A stretch of 62,408 bases of DNA, the filler included, from Sluysia triapertura (lineage: Eukaryota): NCBI GenBank assembly GCA_046118255.1. It is 5 parts of 5 records of this genome, joined end to end, with 100 filler letters (N's around TTAATTAATTAA, not from the genome) between each part and the next. Parts side by side here need not be neighbours in the genome. Positions count along the whole stretch, not along the records: positions 1 to 11,646 come from JBJNIA010182502.1; positions 11,747 to 28,136 come from JBJNIA010205260.1; 3 more parts are not named here. One strand, written 5' to 3'. The notes under the pieces are model-generated. The model was not told the origin of the DNA. It saw only the letters and a list, made by a program, of their open reading frames with translations, and searched no databases. Shown piece after piece: positions 1 to 13,208 of this stretch. The translations under genes and the position numbers were made by a program. Within the stretch, counting starts at the first letter, position 1. Each line of letters begins with the position of its first letter.

Positions 1-30
<30 letters not shown>
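1..30. repeat. (TAA)n microsatellite
   Basis: Ten TAA units at the window start. Confidence 0.95.
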
Positions 31-32
<2 letters not shown>

Positions 33-551
33 TCAGACTGCTTATTATTATATTACACAAATGTAAGTATTAAATTTGATTATTTAAATATTAAAATAAA
101 ATTTAATAAATTTAACCTTTAATGTGAGGAAATTTCATCATATTCGATAAACCGAGCTGACCGACATTAATTTCACTAAATACAGCAAAATTACGTTGAA
201 TTAAAAAACTTATTTAATTTGATGTAAGAACATTAAATAAATGTCATTGCAAAGAAGAATCAATTCATTTTTTAAAACACTAAAAGAAATTACATACAAT
301 AGACATGAATTACAAGGCATGCTCATCTTTTAAGGGTTAATACAAACTGTCAAATTTTAACATTTCCTAAATTTTTGTTAATTTATAAGTCTTAAAATAA
401 TGTAATATTAAAAGTTAGTGTATCGTGTTAAAATAATGCCATGTTTAATAGTGATTCATTGGGTCGAGTGTGCGATGTATGTTTGTCGTAAACTTGTATT
501 GTTTTAAAAATACAATGAAAAGTTGTAAACCACTAAAAAGACCTGCTTAAT

Positions 552-771
552 TCAGCCGACAGTCCAGACGTTGGTCCGTTTGACTACGATCTCTTTCAAT
601 CAATAAAGCACTTTATGATATGTCGTTGCTTGGAATCATTCGATGAAGTCAAAGACCCTGTAAAGAATTTTTCGATTTAAAGAGGAAAAAGTGATCCTTG
701 GACAAAATCTGAAAGCTTATTGATCGTTGGCAGATGTTTGCGGACAACGATGATCTTTATTTTAAAAAGTA
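552..771 (+). mobile_element. Decayed mariner transposase C-terminal fragment
   Basis: Translates SADSPDVGPFDYDLFQSIKHFM..CLESFDEVKDPVKNF, then a frameshift and KLIDRWQMFADNDDLYF. This fits the mariner YSPDLAPxDY.LF motif and the RW..V...G.YF tail. Confidence 0.75.
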
Positions 772-3700
772 GTGCTATTTTAGAATAAATTCTTGACGAA
801 AAAGATGACTGATGAACATTCTCCTCAACATAGCATTAATTTGATAATTAAATTACTCTTTGAATTAGAAATTATTCGGTAATTTCACGTTTCATTAAAA
901 ATATTACTATTACTCGAATTTCCGTAAACATTAAGAACTTCTCGTTGTAAAATACAATGAATAAATTTTATTTTATAAAACTATGTTAGGTTTCCTGTGT
1001 TGATAAAATAGTGATTATGATTGTTTACAGGAAATATGGGAATTATGGATTGAAAAGTGCCTCTAAACCAACGATATAGTAATTATAAAAAGAAATTGGA
1101 TATTGGGTAATTATAATCTCTGTGTTAGGAGAAGATATTAAATTTGGTGTACTATTTCGAAATTAAACCAACTGGATTATATATGCAGAACCTGGTTTTG
1201 TATATCGAGTAAGTAACAAATATAATGTCATTGCTACAACTCATTTTATGAATGTTAACTTGAATTTATACAAGTCAACGTGCCTTTGGTATAAGTTATA
1301 ATAATAATTGATAAACTTAATATGAACATTAATTGAAAATTATATAAGAAGTTAATAGAAAATTGATCGTATGAGCTGCATTGAAATTGCATATTAAGTA
1401 ATACTTATTAGTTCCTTTTTGTCTTTATCTAGATAGATTATGCAATAATATTTTGAATGGTTTATAAGTATGGCTAACGTTTATTAGGCAAGAATTTAGT
1501 TCAATTCCCCTAACGAATTTTAAGTCATCTTTGAAATATATGAATGCCAGTTTTAAAATTAAACCTTATTTTATTACTGAAATAAGCAAAGTTTTTATCT
1601 TGAAAGGGAAGTACTTTACCCAAAATGTACAAAAATGTTATAAAGACATTAAATTAAGTACAACATAAAAGTAATTAAATAAAATCTAAAATCTTTACTC
1701 AAATGTCGTATCAATTTGTTATTGTTGATTAATACTTCAAATAACTAAAAACATTATGCTTGAAAATTAATAATATTGTGTTGCGTCAAGATTATTTTTG
1801 TAAACATTTACATGAGTCATAATGCGACTAGTTTAATATAAAATAATTTGTGATTAATAGAAGTAAATTACGGAATTAATTAATTCATACTTGCTGATTT
1901 TATATTAAAATATTCTACGACAGAAGTAGGAAAGTCGAACTATTCACACTCATTGATACTGAATTAATTCTTATATTTTTTGCAATTTGCTTCAAAATCC
2001 TAATAACACGTTTTCCACGTTGATATAAACCGTGCAGATTAAGTGGACTCAACTTTCAGTTTCTTTTTGTAAGTGTAAGTTTTTTGCTTTCCAATAAAAC
2101 ACTTGTAGTCTTAATTACCACAATTCCGTATCGTATTATACCTTAGGTACAATATAACTGCATGTTTCAAATGCAATTTGGCAATTCAAATTTCATTGGA
2201 TTGCAAACACATATGTGAATGTTGTTTAGCTGACAGCATAATGATTATACGTAAGATTCACATAATGAAGATGATGATGACAAAGATGATAATAATGAAG
2301 ATGATAAAGGTGATGCCAATTTATTGTTACAATTATTATTTAGATTATTGTTATACTATTATTATTTTATTTATGTTATAATTATTATTGTTATATTTTT
2401 AGATTATTATTATGATTATAATAAAAAATTAATTTTTATTTTTTTAAGTAAAATTAGTAGTTAATTGTAATTGAATATACCTACGATGTTTTAGTAAACA
2501 TATTAAAGTTATTTAAGTTATTTAGAAGCATGAACTGGTGTTTATTAATGATAGAAATATTTTCGGATGTAATAAGAATGATATAAATTTGTTTAACTTG
2601 AGAATGATTTACCTTAACCACTGGATAGTTTTGTCCGAACTGCACTCATGTATGACGTTTTCCTGTGCAATGACGATCCCGAGTTTCGTTTGGAAAAGTT
2701 TTGTTTTCAAAATAAATCATACTAAAACTGCTTATTGAGTAAATTTATTGCAATTAATTAATTGTATTTATAAATGCAGTGTTGCGATTTAAAATGATTT
2801 AATAAAAAGATCAACTTTAATTTATATGGGAATAAGTTTTTATGACAATACATTATCTTAATTTTTAAACTTTTGTATGTAATTTAAATTTTATAAAATC
2901 TAATAACAGCATTGATTTTATAGGTTTAAAAATAATAACTAATAATGCATGAACACTAAAATTTTTATTTGACATAAAAAATTTAAATTTTTGAATGTTA
3001 AAGTAGATAATTCTCTGTATGGTGCTCTTCATTAGCCACATTCCACTATCTAAAAATTAAACAAAAATTAAATTATGATTTGTGTAAATATAAAATTTAT
3101 TTACTGTTTGATTATTCATAGATCCAACGTTGCCAAATATTTCTGAAACTGATATTCTTGTACATTCGAGTGGATTTGTAATTCTAGCAACATGATCTAT
3201 GTTAGACATAATTGAATTTATGATTTAATAACTGATTAACAGCGTGCGCGTATACGCGATTAACTCCAAAATTTATTCATCTACCATTTATGTCACTACT
3301 ATATGGTCAAAGTGCGTTCTAATATGCTGACTTGAACTTAATGCATTATTGAAATATTTATGGAACATTGAATTGCCAGTAACCGATGGAAGGTACATTA
3401 CATTCTTGGATAAACGGCACGAATTTTTTTATTCTGCTTAAATTGAAAATATATAAATTTTTTGCACACAACTATGTCCTCACTATGATTTTTTATTAGG
3501 TGCTCAACCAGAGTAATAAAAATAATGAAGAGAGCCACTCTGGTTGGACAACCAGTAATAACACGAATTATTTTTACGTTGAAAATGCAACCACTATCAA
3601 TAGTGACAAGAATTCACACATGGCAACCAACAGTGTCACCATTTATAGTGGTAATCACTGATTAAATGACAAAAATTAAATTGAAAACAATAAAAATAAA

Positions 3701-3924
3701 AATGATAGTAATAACAATATTATTATTGTTATTATTATAAATACAAATTCTTTGAAATCTTACACGATCTTACTTTATTTCTTTTATTTCTGGACATACT
3801 TGAAATCTAATTCCTTAAAGTAGTTAATTGTCTTAAGATGTCTGCAAGTTAAATTTCAGGATATGATGAACGGAAGTTGTTGTAAATTAATATTACGTAT
3901 TTGCAATGAATTTTTACGGTGTGG

Positions 3925-4345
3925 TGGTGATTCTAGTGTTACAGCATAATGCGTACAACGTTTTAAATTTATTTTTTAATGCTATCAATGGTTTTGACTG
4001 AAGATAAGTTTAGGTGTTAAAGGCTTATGATTTAAGTATTTTGAAATGATATATATGTTTTATGTGGATCTTTATATTTACGTTTATGTTTTGGGTGAAA
4101 TTATTGTTTGGATGTTAAAAGATTGTGAATTACGAATATGTTGAAAGAGAGTAGTTTCGTGGATGTAAATAACATAGATTATAGGCTATGTTTTGGTAAA
4201 TTCTAAAAGGTAATTGTGTGATGTTGAAAAAAAGATATGGTTTTGGTTATGTTAGTATTAGACTAAGTATGAAAAAGTTTATGTTGAATTTTTGTATATA
4301 AATTGTAGATTTTGAAGGTGAATATGATTTTGTTGTATTAAAAGG
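3925..4345 (+). repeat. Dispersed repeat family A, copy 1 (unclassified)
   Basis: Aligns by eye to the reverse complement of 50675-51000, e.g. GTGATTCTAGTGTTACAGCATAATGCGTA vs GTGATTTTAATGTTATTACATAATGCGTA and ATTCTAAAAGGTAATTGTG vs ATTCTAAAAGGTAGTTGTG. Confidence 0.7.
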
Positions 4346-5877
4346 AAAATTTTTAATAAAATTTATCAAAAGTGACAGCTTGGCCACCACATTCAGTCAA
4401 ATAAAAATTTAAAAGAGTGACAATTTTTACCCATTTTCTCAAAACAATCCGACTGTTAAGTGGTTAAACTCTTTTTAAGTTAGTAATATGATGATTATTT
4501 TATCTTAAGCGTTTGGAAGTACTTTGTAATAGATCTTGGTGTATTGCAATTTACGTATTACAAAGACATATAATTAATTTTGAAGTGTTTTGAGAATGTA
4601 ATATGAAAGTTTGTAAGAATTGTGATGTTTTTAGCTTGTAAATGCTTTTTATTGAATGTTTATGGATGTTTTTATATTTGATAAATTGTGAGTTGTGAGG
4701 TAAGCCGCCACATCAGATAATGTTACTTAGTATAAATTCTGTCAATCGAATTCGTTTATAATCAGTCAATGAAATGTGGACGTTAATTATGAACTCAAGT
4801 TTGATTATAGAGATGAAAGTGAAAATTCAGTAGCTAAATTGAACTGAAGTTTCAAATTTTTATATCCAAAACTAAATTACACAATTAATTAATAAAGCAA
4901 AGTATAATATATAAATATACAATAAATTTTACTTTTATTTTAATTTAGTTTGGTTACTGTAAATACACTTTAATATCAGAAATGTTATAAATAGTAGTTA
5001 TCAATAGAATAACTACTTTCATATAATTGATAATAATAAAATGATTATCAATTATATTTTTGCGTATAAACAGAAAGTCGTTTTATATAGTACTATCTAA
5101 TGATACTATATTATGACCAATAAATTCTTCAATTCCATTATATGATTTAATAAAGAATATATCGAAAATGTTACAAACAAGTTCTCTTGACCAAATACCA
5201 GCCAAACACATCAAAATAAGTTAATTTTTATTAAATTTATTCCCGTTTTATTGAAAATTATTATTAATTCATTATATCATTTAAAATTTATCCCTGATAC
5301 TACCTAATCAGTTACTATAGTAATTACAGACCTGTATCAAATATTATATAGCTATAAAATATTATATTCTTATTAAAAAAGCAAATTCACAATAATTATC
5401 GAGGATTTTGGTCGAAAATAAACCGCTTGCAGATCTTATCACTCGAAACAACTCTTTTAAGAATAAATTATATTTTAAATGGTTTTAGTCGTAATACTAC
5501 AAGGCGTTGTTGTCTTAAATGGCCTTGTTATATATGTCTGTTGTTTTTGGTAAGATAGATAACGACACATTACTTTGTGCTCTCATTTAATGCAATAAAT
5601 TGGTTTGATTCATACTTAAAAGGAAGAAAACAGTATTATTATTCGTAAAAAAGTATGAAAAATAACTCGTGAATTAACATTCTTACATAAATGTAAGGTT
5701 ATAACCTTGTAAGCTTGTGAATAATATTAAGTTATTCATATTGAATCGTAAAAGGAGAGCAAAGCGCCATTTTTCTATTTTTAAATTATGGTTTCAAAGA
5801 TGGATGTGACTCTACGCGCCCTTTTTTCTTATTAAGAATTATCTATTATCTTTTATCTATTATCTATTATCTAATAT

Positions 5878-5878
5878 C

Positions 5879-5946
<68 letters not shown>
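5878..5946. repeat. (TAT)n microsatellite just upstream of a splice acceptor
   Basis: Pure TAT run of more than 20 units. Confidence 0.95.
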
Positions 5947-5948
<2 letters not shown>

Positions 5949-5981
5949 TTTCATCACTTATTTACATATTGATAATATCAG

Positions 5982-6173
5982 GTGCTCTAAAAATTCATTA
6001 TAGTGCAGTGCACTTGCGCGAGATGCACAAATGCACAGTCAAAGGCTGCAATATGTGGTTCAGTTCACGCAGAAGTCGTAATCGGCACAGTTCAAATCCA
6101 AATCCTCGACTCCATCTTAGTCATTCGAGCAAAAAGCTGCCTGAGAATTCTGTCATAGTGGACGATGGCACAG
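5982..6173 (+). CDS. BNC: Basonuclin/disconnected-family C2H2 zinc-finger protein, internal exon
   Basis: [45 protein letters not shown] is the near-invariant basonuclin/disco finger pair. AG acceptor at 5980-81, GT donor at 6174, phase 1-1. Confidence 0.93.
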
Positions 6174-6324
6174 GTTAAATTTGAAATAACTTTGAGTTGC
6201 AAATAAACTTGATAATGAAATGTAATATGTTTTCATTGTTCTGTTTACATTCATGGAATACTTTTTCAAAATAAAATACATTATCGAGATAGAGATAGTT
6301 GTAGCATATTCTGAGTTACTTCTA

Positions 6325-6696
6325 TTGGGTTGGTACATAAATCCATGCAGTTTTATTTGTTGTAAAAAAAACACACCAACTTCTTGTTTTAACTGATTTG
6401 AGTTATATTCATTCAGCTGAATTATCTATTTAAATCATTTTAGACGAACTTTCACTTTCATTACCCTCATTAAAATGGAGTGCCAGTTAGATAAAAATGA
6501 ACATTTCCGGCATCTACACTTTTCCTATTTTAATCTTTCCGCTCCATGTCGAACAATCTTTCTGGTCTTACATTTGAAAACGAAGAAGCAATTGATTGAA
6601 GTATTTTTCGACCAAAATCACCAAGCTTCTTCAAACGTGGGATTCACAAACTGCCAGAAAGGGTGGAAAAAAGTGATCGATTATGGCGGAGAATAT
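6325..6696 (+). mobile_element. Internally deleted non-autonomous mariner, copy 1 (intronic, 3' end lost)
   Basis: TA plus TIR TTGGGTTGGTACATAAATCCATGCAGTTTT (Hsmar1-like). Transposase N-terminus MECQLDKNEHFRH is fused to the C-terminal segment. Highly similar to 43508-43983 (reverse complement). Confidence 0.85.
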
Positions 6697-6916
6697 AAGG
6701 GAAAGAAGATATATGACAAACGAACAAGCACACTATATTTATACTGATGTTCACAGTATATTCATTACATTATTAATATTCATAATTATTATTATTCTAT
6801 GATTAATACTTAATTAAATAGTCGCACGGAAAATTCTGTAAATTAAATTCACAAAGTGACAAAAATTGTGCAAAATATAATTTTATTTTCGTCGTAATAT
6901 TTCAATAATGCTCTAG

Positions 6917-7215
6917 GTCGACAGCTTGGGAAAAGACTGCCAATCCCGAGTTCGATTTTAAATCCACCAATAATAAACGGTCGTTCCGATTTATCATTAG
7001 ATTATTCTCTAACCAATATGAATTTAGAAGAACACAACACTTTGCTGGATGATATGAGTTCTTCTAGAGGCACTCCAGTAAGTTCTAATTCAACGATCAA
7101 GCAAAATCCAATAATGCAAATTGAATCGCCACCGCCAATCAAAACTCGTCTACATCATCCAGTCGCCAATCAACAGAAACCGAAATTGTTCACAATCAGC
7201 TCTGTCATTAACTAA
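6917..7215 (+). CDS. BNC: Basonuclin/disco-like protein, terminal exon
   Basis: AG at 6915-16. Phase-1 join gives GRQLGKRLPIPSSILNPPIINGRSDLSLDYSLTNMNLEE...KPKLFTISSVIN*, open and in frame with ORF 7018..7215. Confidence 0.82.
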
Positions 7216-7624
7216 ACCAATCAGTAACAGATTTATCGTTTTTGTCGTGTCACGCAGTTAAAGTATAACATAACTGTTTTTTATATTTAATTATATATTT
7301 TTATTAAAATTTTAAAGGTTTGTGATTGAAGAGCACTTTGAGTGGAAATTATTGAATTTGTCTAAGCTATATGTATTTTCAAGGATGAAATAAGCATTGG
7401 TTGTTAAGTAATTGAGCCTTGGTTCCTGTAATATTATCGTTAACAGACCTTAGTTCTAAGTTAAGCATATTTGCACTTCACAAACGAGTCTTATTACAGT
7501 GCTATCATTATTAGACATTTAAAATCACTCTTTCAACTAATATCTTATTTACTTTTACTTTTTCTTAACTAGTTTATAAAAGTGTTAATCAAGTTAATAT
7601 TGGATGCTAGCCTCCACCTCAGAC

Positions 7625-8312
7625 TTATTTCAATCTGAACACCGGGTATTTATTAGGGATTAACTTCACTATTTTCCAATTTTTGTTTACAATTTCTGCA
7701 AGCCATAATTTAATGGGGAACAGATTTAACATGAAATGATAATAATAAGATAAATGAACATTTAATATATAAATGTTGCAATTAATAAAATATAAAAATG
7801 ATGAAAGTGATGTATGAGATGAACATTCGTCAAATTGAAGCATATATAACCAAAAGCTAGAAAACCAATATCGAAACATATTGCTGAACTATTTCCAGTT
7901 GTTTGAAATATAGAATTTGATGACATGTCATATGTTTCACGAAAATCCACGCCATATGTAGCTATTGTAATTGATATATCAAATGTATCTGCAATTGGTT
8001 GAAAAAAGTTTTTTTACATTTGCTGATTTGCGAAAACTTGACAAAGTGACACCATGAAAAGACTGTTTGTGCCAGAGATTTGATTTACTTGAAACTTACA
8101 TGTGTGAAGCATCAAATAACATACAGTCCATAGGTCCAGAAATTAGAACATCTAAATTTCGTAATACCGATAACTAATGAATAGCGGTATAATCTTGCAA
8201 CATATTTTGTTGTTCACTCTAGTAAGAATATAATTGGAAATACTGAGTAGGCGAACAGTTTTCTGTGTGATAATTAAAGATATTATTCGATGGATCAAGC
8301 CCATCTTTAGAT
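7625..8312 (-). pseudogene. Decayed intronless ORF, possibly transposase-like
   Basis: Long frame broken by stops and frameshifts (..SKSNLWHK..ADTFDISITIATYGVDFRETYDMSSNSIFQTTGNSSAICFDIGFLAFGYI..). Weak resemblance to the CACTA/Plavaka DISLxxxTDG..GN..GY segment. Confidence 0.3.
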
Positions 8313-8360
8313 AAGTGAATTTTAATTAATAACAGTTTTACATACTGAAATACTTGAATT

Positions 8361-8670
8361 CAGAGCCGTAATTAGGCAGATGCAACATGTGCACCCTCAT
8401 AGGGCCAAGTCCTGAGATATGGACCCTTATATGGCCGACAAATGAATACATATGCTCCCGCCGAAAACTTCTCCCATAAAAACGGTGCATTTTATGACGT
8501 CAAGTATCCATTGTATTTTGTCTACTTTATGTTTTGTTGTACGTTGATTGGTCTTTATTTTACATATACTTTTTGAACATGCATACTGTTCGATACAAAT
8601 ATAATTGTTGCGTTATAGGTATAGTTTTTTGGTGCTATATGGGGCCCGAATTTAAAGTCTTGCACTTAAT
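8361..8670. mobile_element. Degenerate hAT-type MITE
   Basis: Starts CAGAGCCGTAATTAGGC, with internal GGGCC/GGGGCCC and TGCAC motifs typical of such MITEs. No intact right TIR. Confidence 0.35.
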
Positions 8671-9825
8671 GCATTAGGAGCATATATCAGTTTATAAATA
8701 TGCAATTGTATTTTGGATTATCTTTTCATTCTGACTACATATACATTAATAATTTTGTAAATTAGCATTTTTTCTTTCAAAATCTACATTAGTAAATCTT
8801 TTATCATTGATTTATAAATAGAGATAAATAAATTGATAAAAATTGTATTTAAAGTTTACAAAATTTAACGAACTTAATAAGCCATAATAATGTAAGAACT
8901 AAATTGTAATATGTGTGAATAAATGAAAGAAGAAGATTATAAAGAAAGGAATTTAGGGAAACACACAAAAATAGACTCGGAAAATTGTATTTCTAACTTA
9001 CTGCGATTATACCATTTTTGGGAATTGAGGATAAACATCGAAGTGCGACAAGTGTTGAGAAAAATAAAATAAATCCTCTGACCCTAAACCGATAATATCA
9101 TTTCGTAAATGGTTTTAAGATAAAATACATGTTTTGAGGAAACAAATTTGTAAATGAATGGTGGTAGGGTCAAAGTATATTTTGAGGATGAAGTATGGAT
9201 GAGCCCAGTGAAAGATGAGGGTGGATGTGAGGGTCAAGAATAAAGATAACAGAATAAGTTCAATATTATGATGAACTGTAATGGTAGGATAAGCATGTAA
9301 AATAAAATAATACTAATAAAATAAAAATAATCGAAATAAAATAATGAGAAATACGAATGTCAGAATATTACGTTTTATGTACATTTGTTAATTTTATGTA
9401 AATATTGTAAAAATTTTAATTTATTTTTATTATAATAAATATTAAAAAATATTTAAAGTAAATAGTATTAAAAAATATTAAAAGGTATTGAAATAATTTA
9501 ATTAAGGTAAAAAAATTTATTTAAAATTATTAATTATTAATTTGTTTAAAAAATTATTTAGAATTATTTAAAAAATAAAGGAAACATAGAAATTAATTTA
9601 TTTTAGGAAATTAATAAAGAAGACAAAGAAATTAAATTACTTTTAGGAAAATAATAAAGTAGGAAATGGCGACCGACACAAGAAAATTAGAGACACATTT
9701 AGAGGAGAGTCAGAGACAAACAGTTTAATAAAACGTTATACCAAAAGAAGATTAGTGTAGAAAGAAAATCCATGTTCACCGAGTAATTTCTTATAGGTTT
9801 CTCACAATTGTTAGAAATCATAAAA

Positions 9826-9895
9826 TGGACTGACCGGATCGAATCCCGGACCTCTCGCTGCGCAGTTCGATGCTCTATCACTGAGCTATCAGCCA
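9826..9895 (-). pseudogene. tRNA pseudogene or tRNA-derived SINE head (tRNA-Cys-like)
   Basis: TGGCTGATAGCTCAGTGATAGAGCATCGAACTGCGCAGCGAGAGGTCCGGGATTCGATCCGGTCAGTCCA. A box and B box present; acceptor, D and T stems largely pair; the anticodon arm is broken. Confidence 0.7.
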
Positions 9896-11646
9896 CGTCT
9901 AACAAATTTATTTTATTATAGTCAATTTTACCAAATAGCACTTTAGGCCTTTTTAACCCAACATATTCACCATAATTTTTTGGGAATATTAAAATCCACT
10001 CAAAATCTCGTAACATTTTTGTACCAACACCTTAAATAGGGTTGGATAATTTATATTTAAATTCTATCATAATTAATTTGTTAATTTAATTATTAAAATT
10101 CTTATCATTATTATATTAGTGCTACATTTATTAGTGCTGGGGGTTTTATTACTACAAAAACCTAACCTACAACAAAATAAATTATTAGTATTCTGAGTCC
10201 GTTTACAGTATGCGGCTTACTAATGTTGTACCTGTAAAATTATTTGAAAACAATTATTAAGCTTAATTCTATGAAAAAAAATACTCTTTACTTTAACTTA
10301 AACAATAGTAGGCAAAATCGTCGTTTGTCAACTGATACTAAATAGCCTAAAAATATCCAAGACTAACACTCGCTTATGTAATATTTGAGTTAACGTAAAA
10401 ATAAAGTTGATGTTTGTATAGAAACTTATTGTTCTTTATATATCTTTAACTCTTAGTTAGATCTTAATGTAATGATCATAATATGAAGAATATAAGCTCG
10501 ACTTATGTTACAATATTCGCGTAAAAAGAATTATAATAAAATAAGATTTAAATTTTATTATACAACAAATAAAATTAAAATAAAACTACTGTAGATTTAT
10601 AAGATTCAAAAGAGCAATGATAAAACTTTATAAATAATAAAATTATAATAAAGATGAAAGTTAAATTATAATAAAGACCTAGCCGAGAGACTCTACCTTG
10701 TGATATTGATTTTATAATTGACCTTAAGGGCCAACTAAAAACCCAACTTAAGAACCAACCGTAAACTTAATATTGTAAGTATAGATTTTAACTCAAAAAT
10801 GAGTGTTCGCACTATATACAACAAACTTACTAATTTAATCAATAATATCAAGGATCGGTTTCTCGATTTGGTTTGATAGATTGGAGCGTTGATGATTGGA
10901 AATTGTTATCCCTCTAATCGAAGACATGGGATTTGCACTGATAATTCAACTTTGATAATTGTTGAAGCACTGAACTTGCTGACGAATTAATTTTGGTTGA
11001 TGTAAAAATGTTAATTTCGAATCTATTTAATTTGTAATACCAAAATGGCGCATTATCAACGATGGCATCTATACTAGAAACTGTGCATTGACTGATTTTC
11101 TTTGTATGTTTTTAAACTGCATTGGCTATTAGTACCCATATTAATAATTTTGTTTAATTAGAACAAAATTTTCTAGTATTTTCTTTTTTCTATATTTATA
11201 ATTTTTGGTATAATTTAAATTTTAATAATTAAATTTTTAAAGTATAATAATTTTTAGTAATTTCAATAATATTTGTAAATTTTACAATTTGTTAAATATA
11301 AAATAAAAAACATAAAAATAAAAATTTTTACACCTTTACATTAGTATTGTACATTTTTTGTTTAATATATCGAGTAAGATTCAACTTCCTTAATTTCTTT
11401 CAAATAAAATTGTTGTGCCTTTAAAAATTACTAGCAATTAAGACTCAATATTAACTTGGTTAACTTAAAGGAACCTTAATAACTTAATAGTCAGTATATC
11501 AAATACATTTTTGCAATAATCTTCTTTTATAATATTAATAACTATAATCCCAAAATTTAAGTTCTTGACATCAAAATCAAAACTAAGACAATGATGTACT
11601 ATTAAACAAAAAATCGTAATATAATTTATTATCAATAAGAATCTTT

Positions 11647-11746
11647 NNNNNNNNNNNNNNNNNNNNNNNNNNNNNNNNNNNNNNNNNNNNTTAATTAATT
11701 AANNNNNNNNNNNNNNNNNNNNNNNNNNNNNNNNNNNNNNNNNNNN
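11647..11746. other. Assembly gap with six-frame-stop linker
   Basis: N44-TTAATTAATTAA-N44, 100 bp, identical in all four gaps. Confidence 0.98.
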
Positions 11747-11796
11747 TTAATAAATTTTGTACAAATAAATCCAAGAATGAAATAATAGTTAATAGC

Positions 11797-11857
<61 letters not shown>

Positions 11858-11858
11858 G
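11797..11858. repeat. (ATT)n microsatellite
   Basis: Pure ATT run near the contig start. Confidence 0.95.
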
Positions 11859-13208
11859 ATGTAAGGGAAACATCCAAACTTTTGTATCCTTGTTCCCAAT
11901 TTGTATGTGTATAAAAGTTTCCTTCATTCTTGAGTCTTTATATCTTTTCTGGAGGTGTGAATTTATTCTACTAAGAATAGTTGATAAGCAATGCGTATGA
12001 ATAATGTAATTGTTCTCAGGAATCTGCCAAGGTAATGAGATGCTTATATTGTGATTATGTGTGCCGCTGGAGTTATTTGCATGATTGTATAAATAATAAG
12101 TTTGCCAAAAATGAAATTACTTAAAATAGAAAAGTAATGTCCTAGAAGAATGACTAAAATGCATCAATTGCTAGAAATAGAATCTTGCAAGTTTGCAAGA
12201 GGAAAAAGTTTTACTTATTGTTCTGAACTTGATCTTTAATCTATAACGGACCACAAATGTATCAACAGAAGTCATATCACGTTTGATCAACTCGGTCACT
12301 GAAGTATATTGGAACTACTCCGGGCGCTTAAGGCAACTTAGCATGCAGTGGTATTATACGATAAATAAATAAAAAAGAAATGAAAAATATTTTAATGTTT
12401 GATGACGAAGATAATCTTTCATTCAGTTTGTAATAGACTGTATTAATCTAAGATTGGAATTATTTACTAACGAGTTAACTAACTTATATACATTAATATT
12501 ATATTTTAGTCAAGAAACAATTACATTTCAGTATTTGTTAATTTAAAGAAAAGCATATTGGAAGACTGGATATAAAAGCATACATGCGGACAACATTATA
12601 TATCATTCAGACTCATTGTAGATAGGACTGAAAAAGATCATGCAGCCTTCAAAAAATTTAGAAATTTAATTTTGTTGGTAACCGATAATAACCTTGGAGC
12701 GGAATGTTATATTTGTTTTAAAGAATAGTAATTAGTATACTTTTTTTATCTCAATAAAATCTTTCTATTTCCGAAAATTACAAAAATTATAAAATACAAA
12801 TGAAATTAAAACATTCAACAAGCTCTATCAAATGAACAGTATTTATATTGTCATAATACTTAAAAGGCCTAAATGTTAATCAACTATAAATAATCATCCA
12901 ATCAAATCAAAAATACTAAATGCACACACAATGGTAGTTTCTGATTTTAAAATAAAAAAATTATATGGTGCAATTTGTTTAATATCTAAATGTCCTAATT
13001 TAATATTTGGGCTTTAAAAAAAGAATACTGAAAGCAAAATGTAGGTATAATTTTACAAAATAATTACGCAAAGCTAATATTAATTAGACATTGTTTATTT
13101 TCACATTTTCATATATTTTATTATTTCACGTTTTTCTGAATGAATAAATTTCTTTTTAATTTTCTTTTACTTTGTATTACAGCTAACAAAACGTATTTAT
13201 TCATTCAG

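Noticed and set aside
3506-3546. 10-bp inverted repeat CAACCAGAGT/ACTCTGGTTG
   Set aside because: Short, isolated, with no target-site duplication or second copy.
5489-5549. AG/GT-bounded hydrophobic segment resembling a GPCR TM1
   Set aside because: Too short, no further supporting exons, and it lies within the basonuclin upstream region.
11691-11702. TTAATTAATTAA palindrome repeated four times
   Set aside because: Always centred in N44 blocks; it is an assembly linker with stops in six frames.
11695-11877. Poly-Ile ORF, and similar poly-Ile/Met tails at 2178, 18244 and 19612
   Set aside because: Translations of (ATT)n/(ATG)n microsatellites or Ns.
11870-12350. Possible LTR-retrotransposon gag/protease remnant on the minus strand
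   Set aside because: Only vague similarity; no intact zinc knuckle, DTG motif or LTR.
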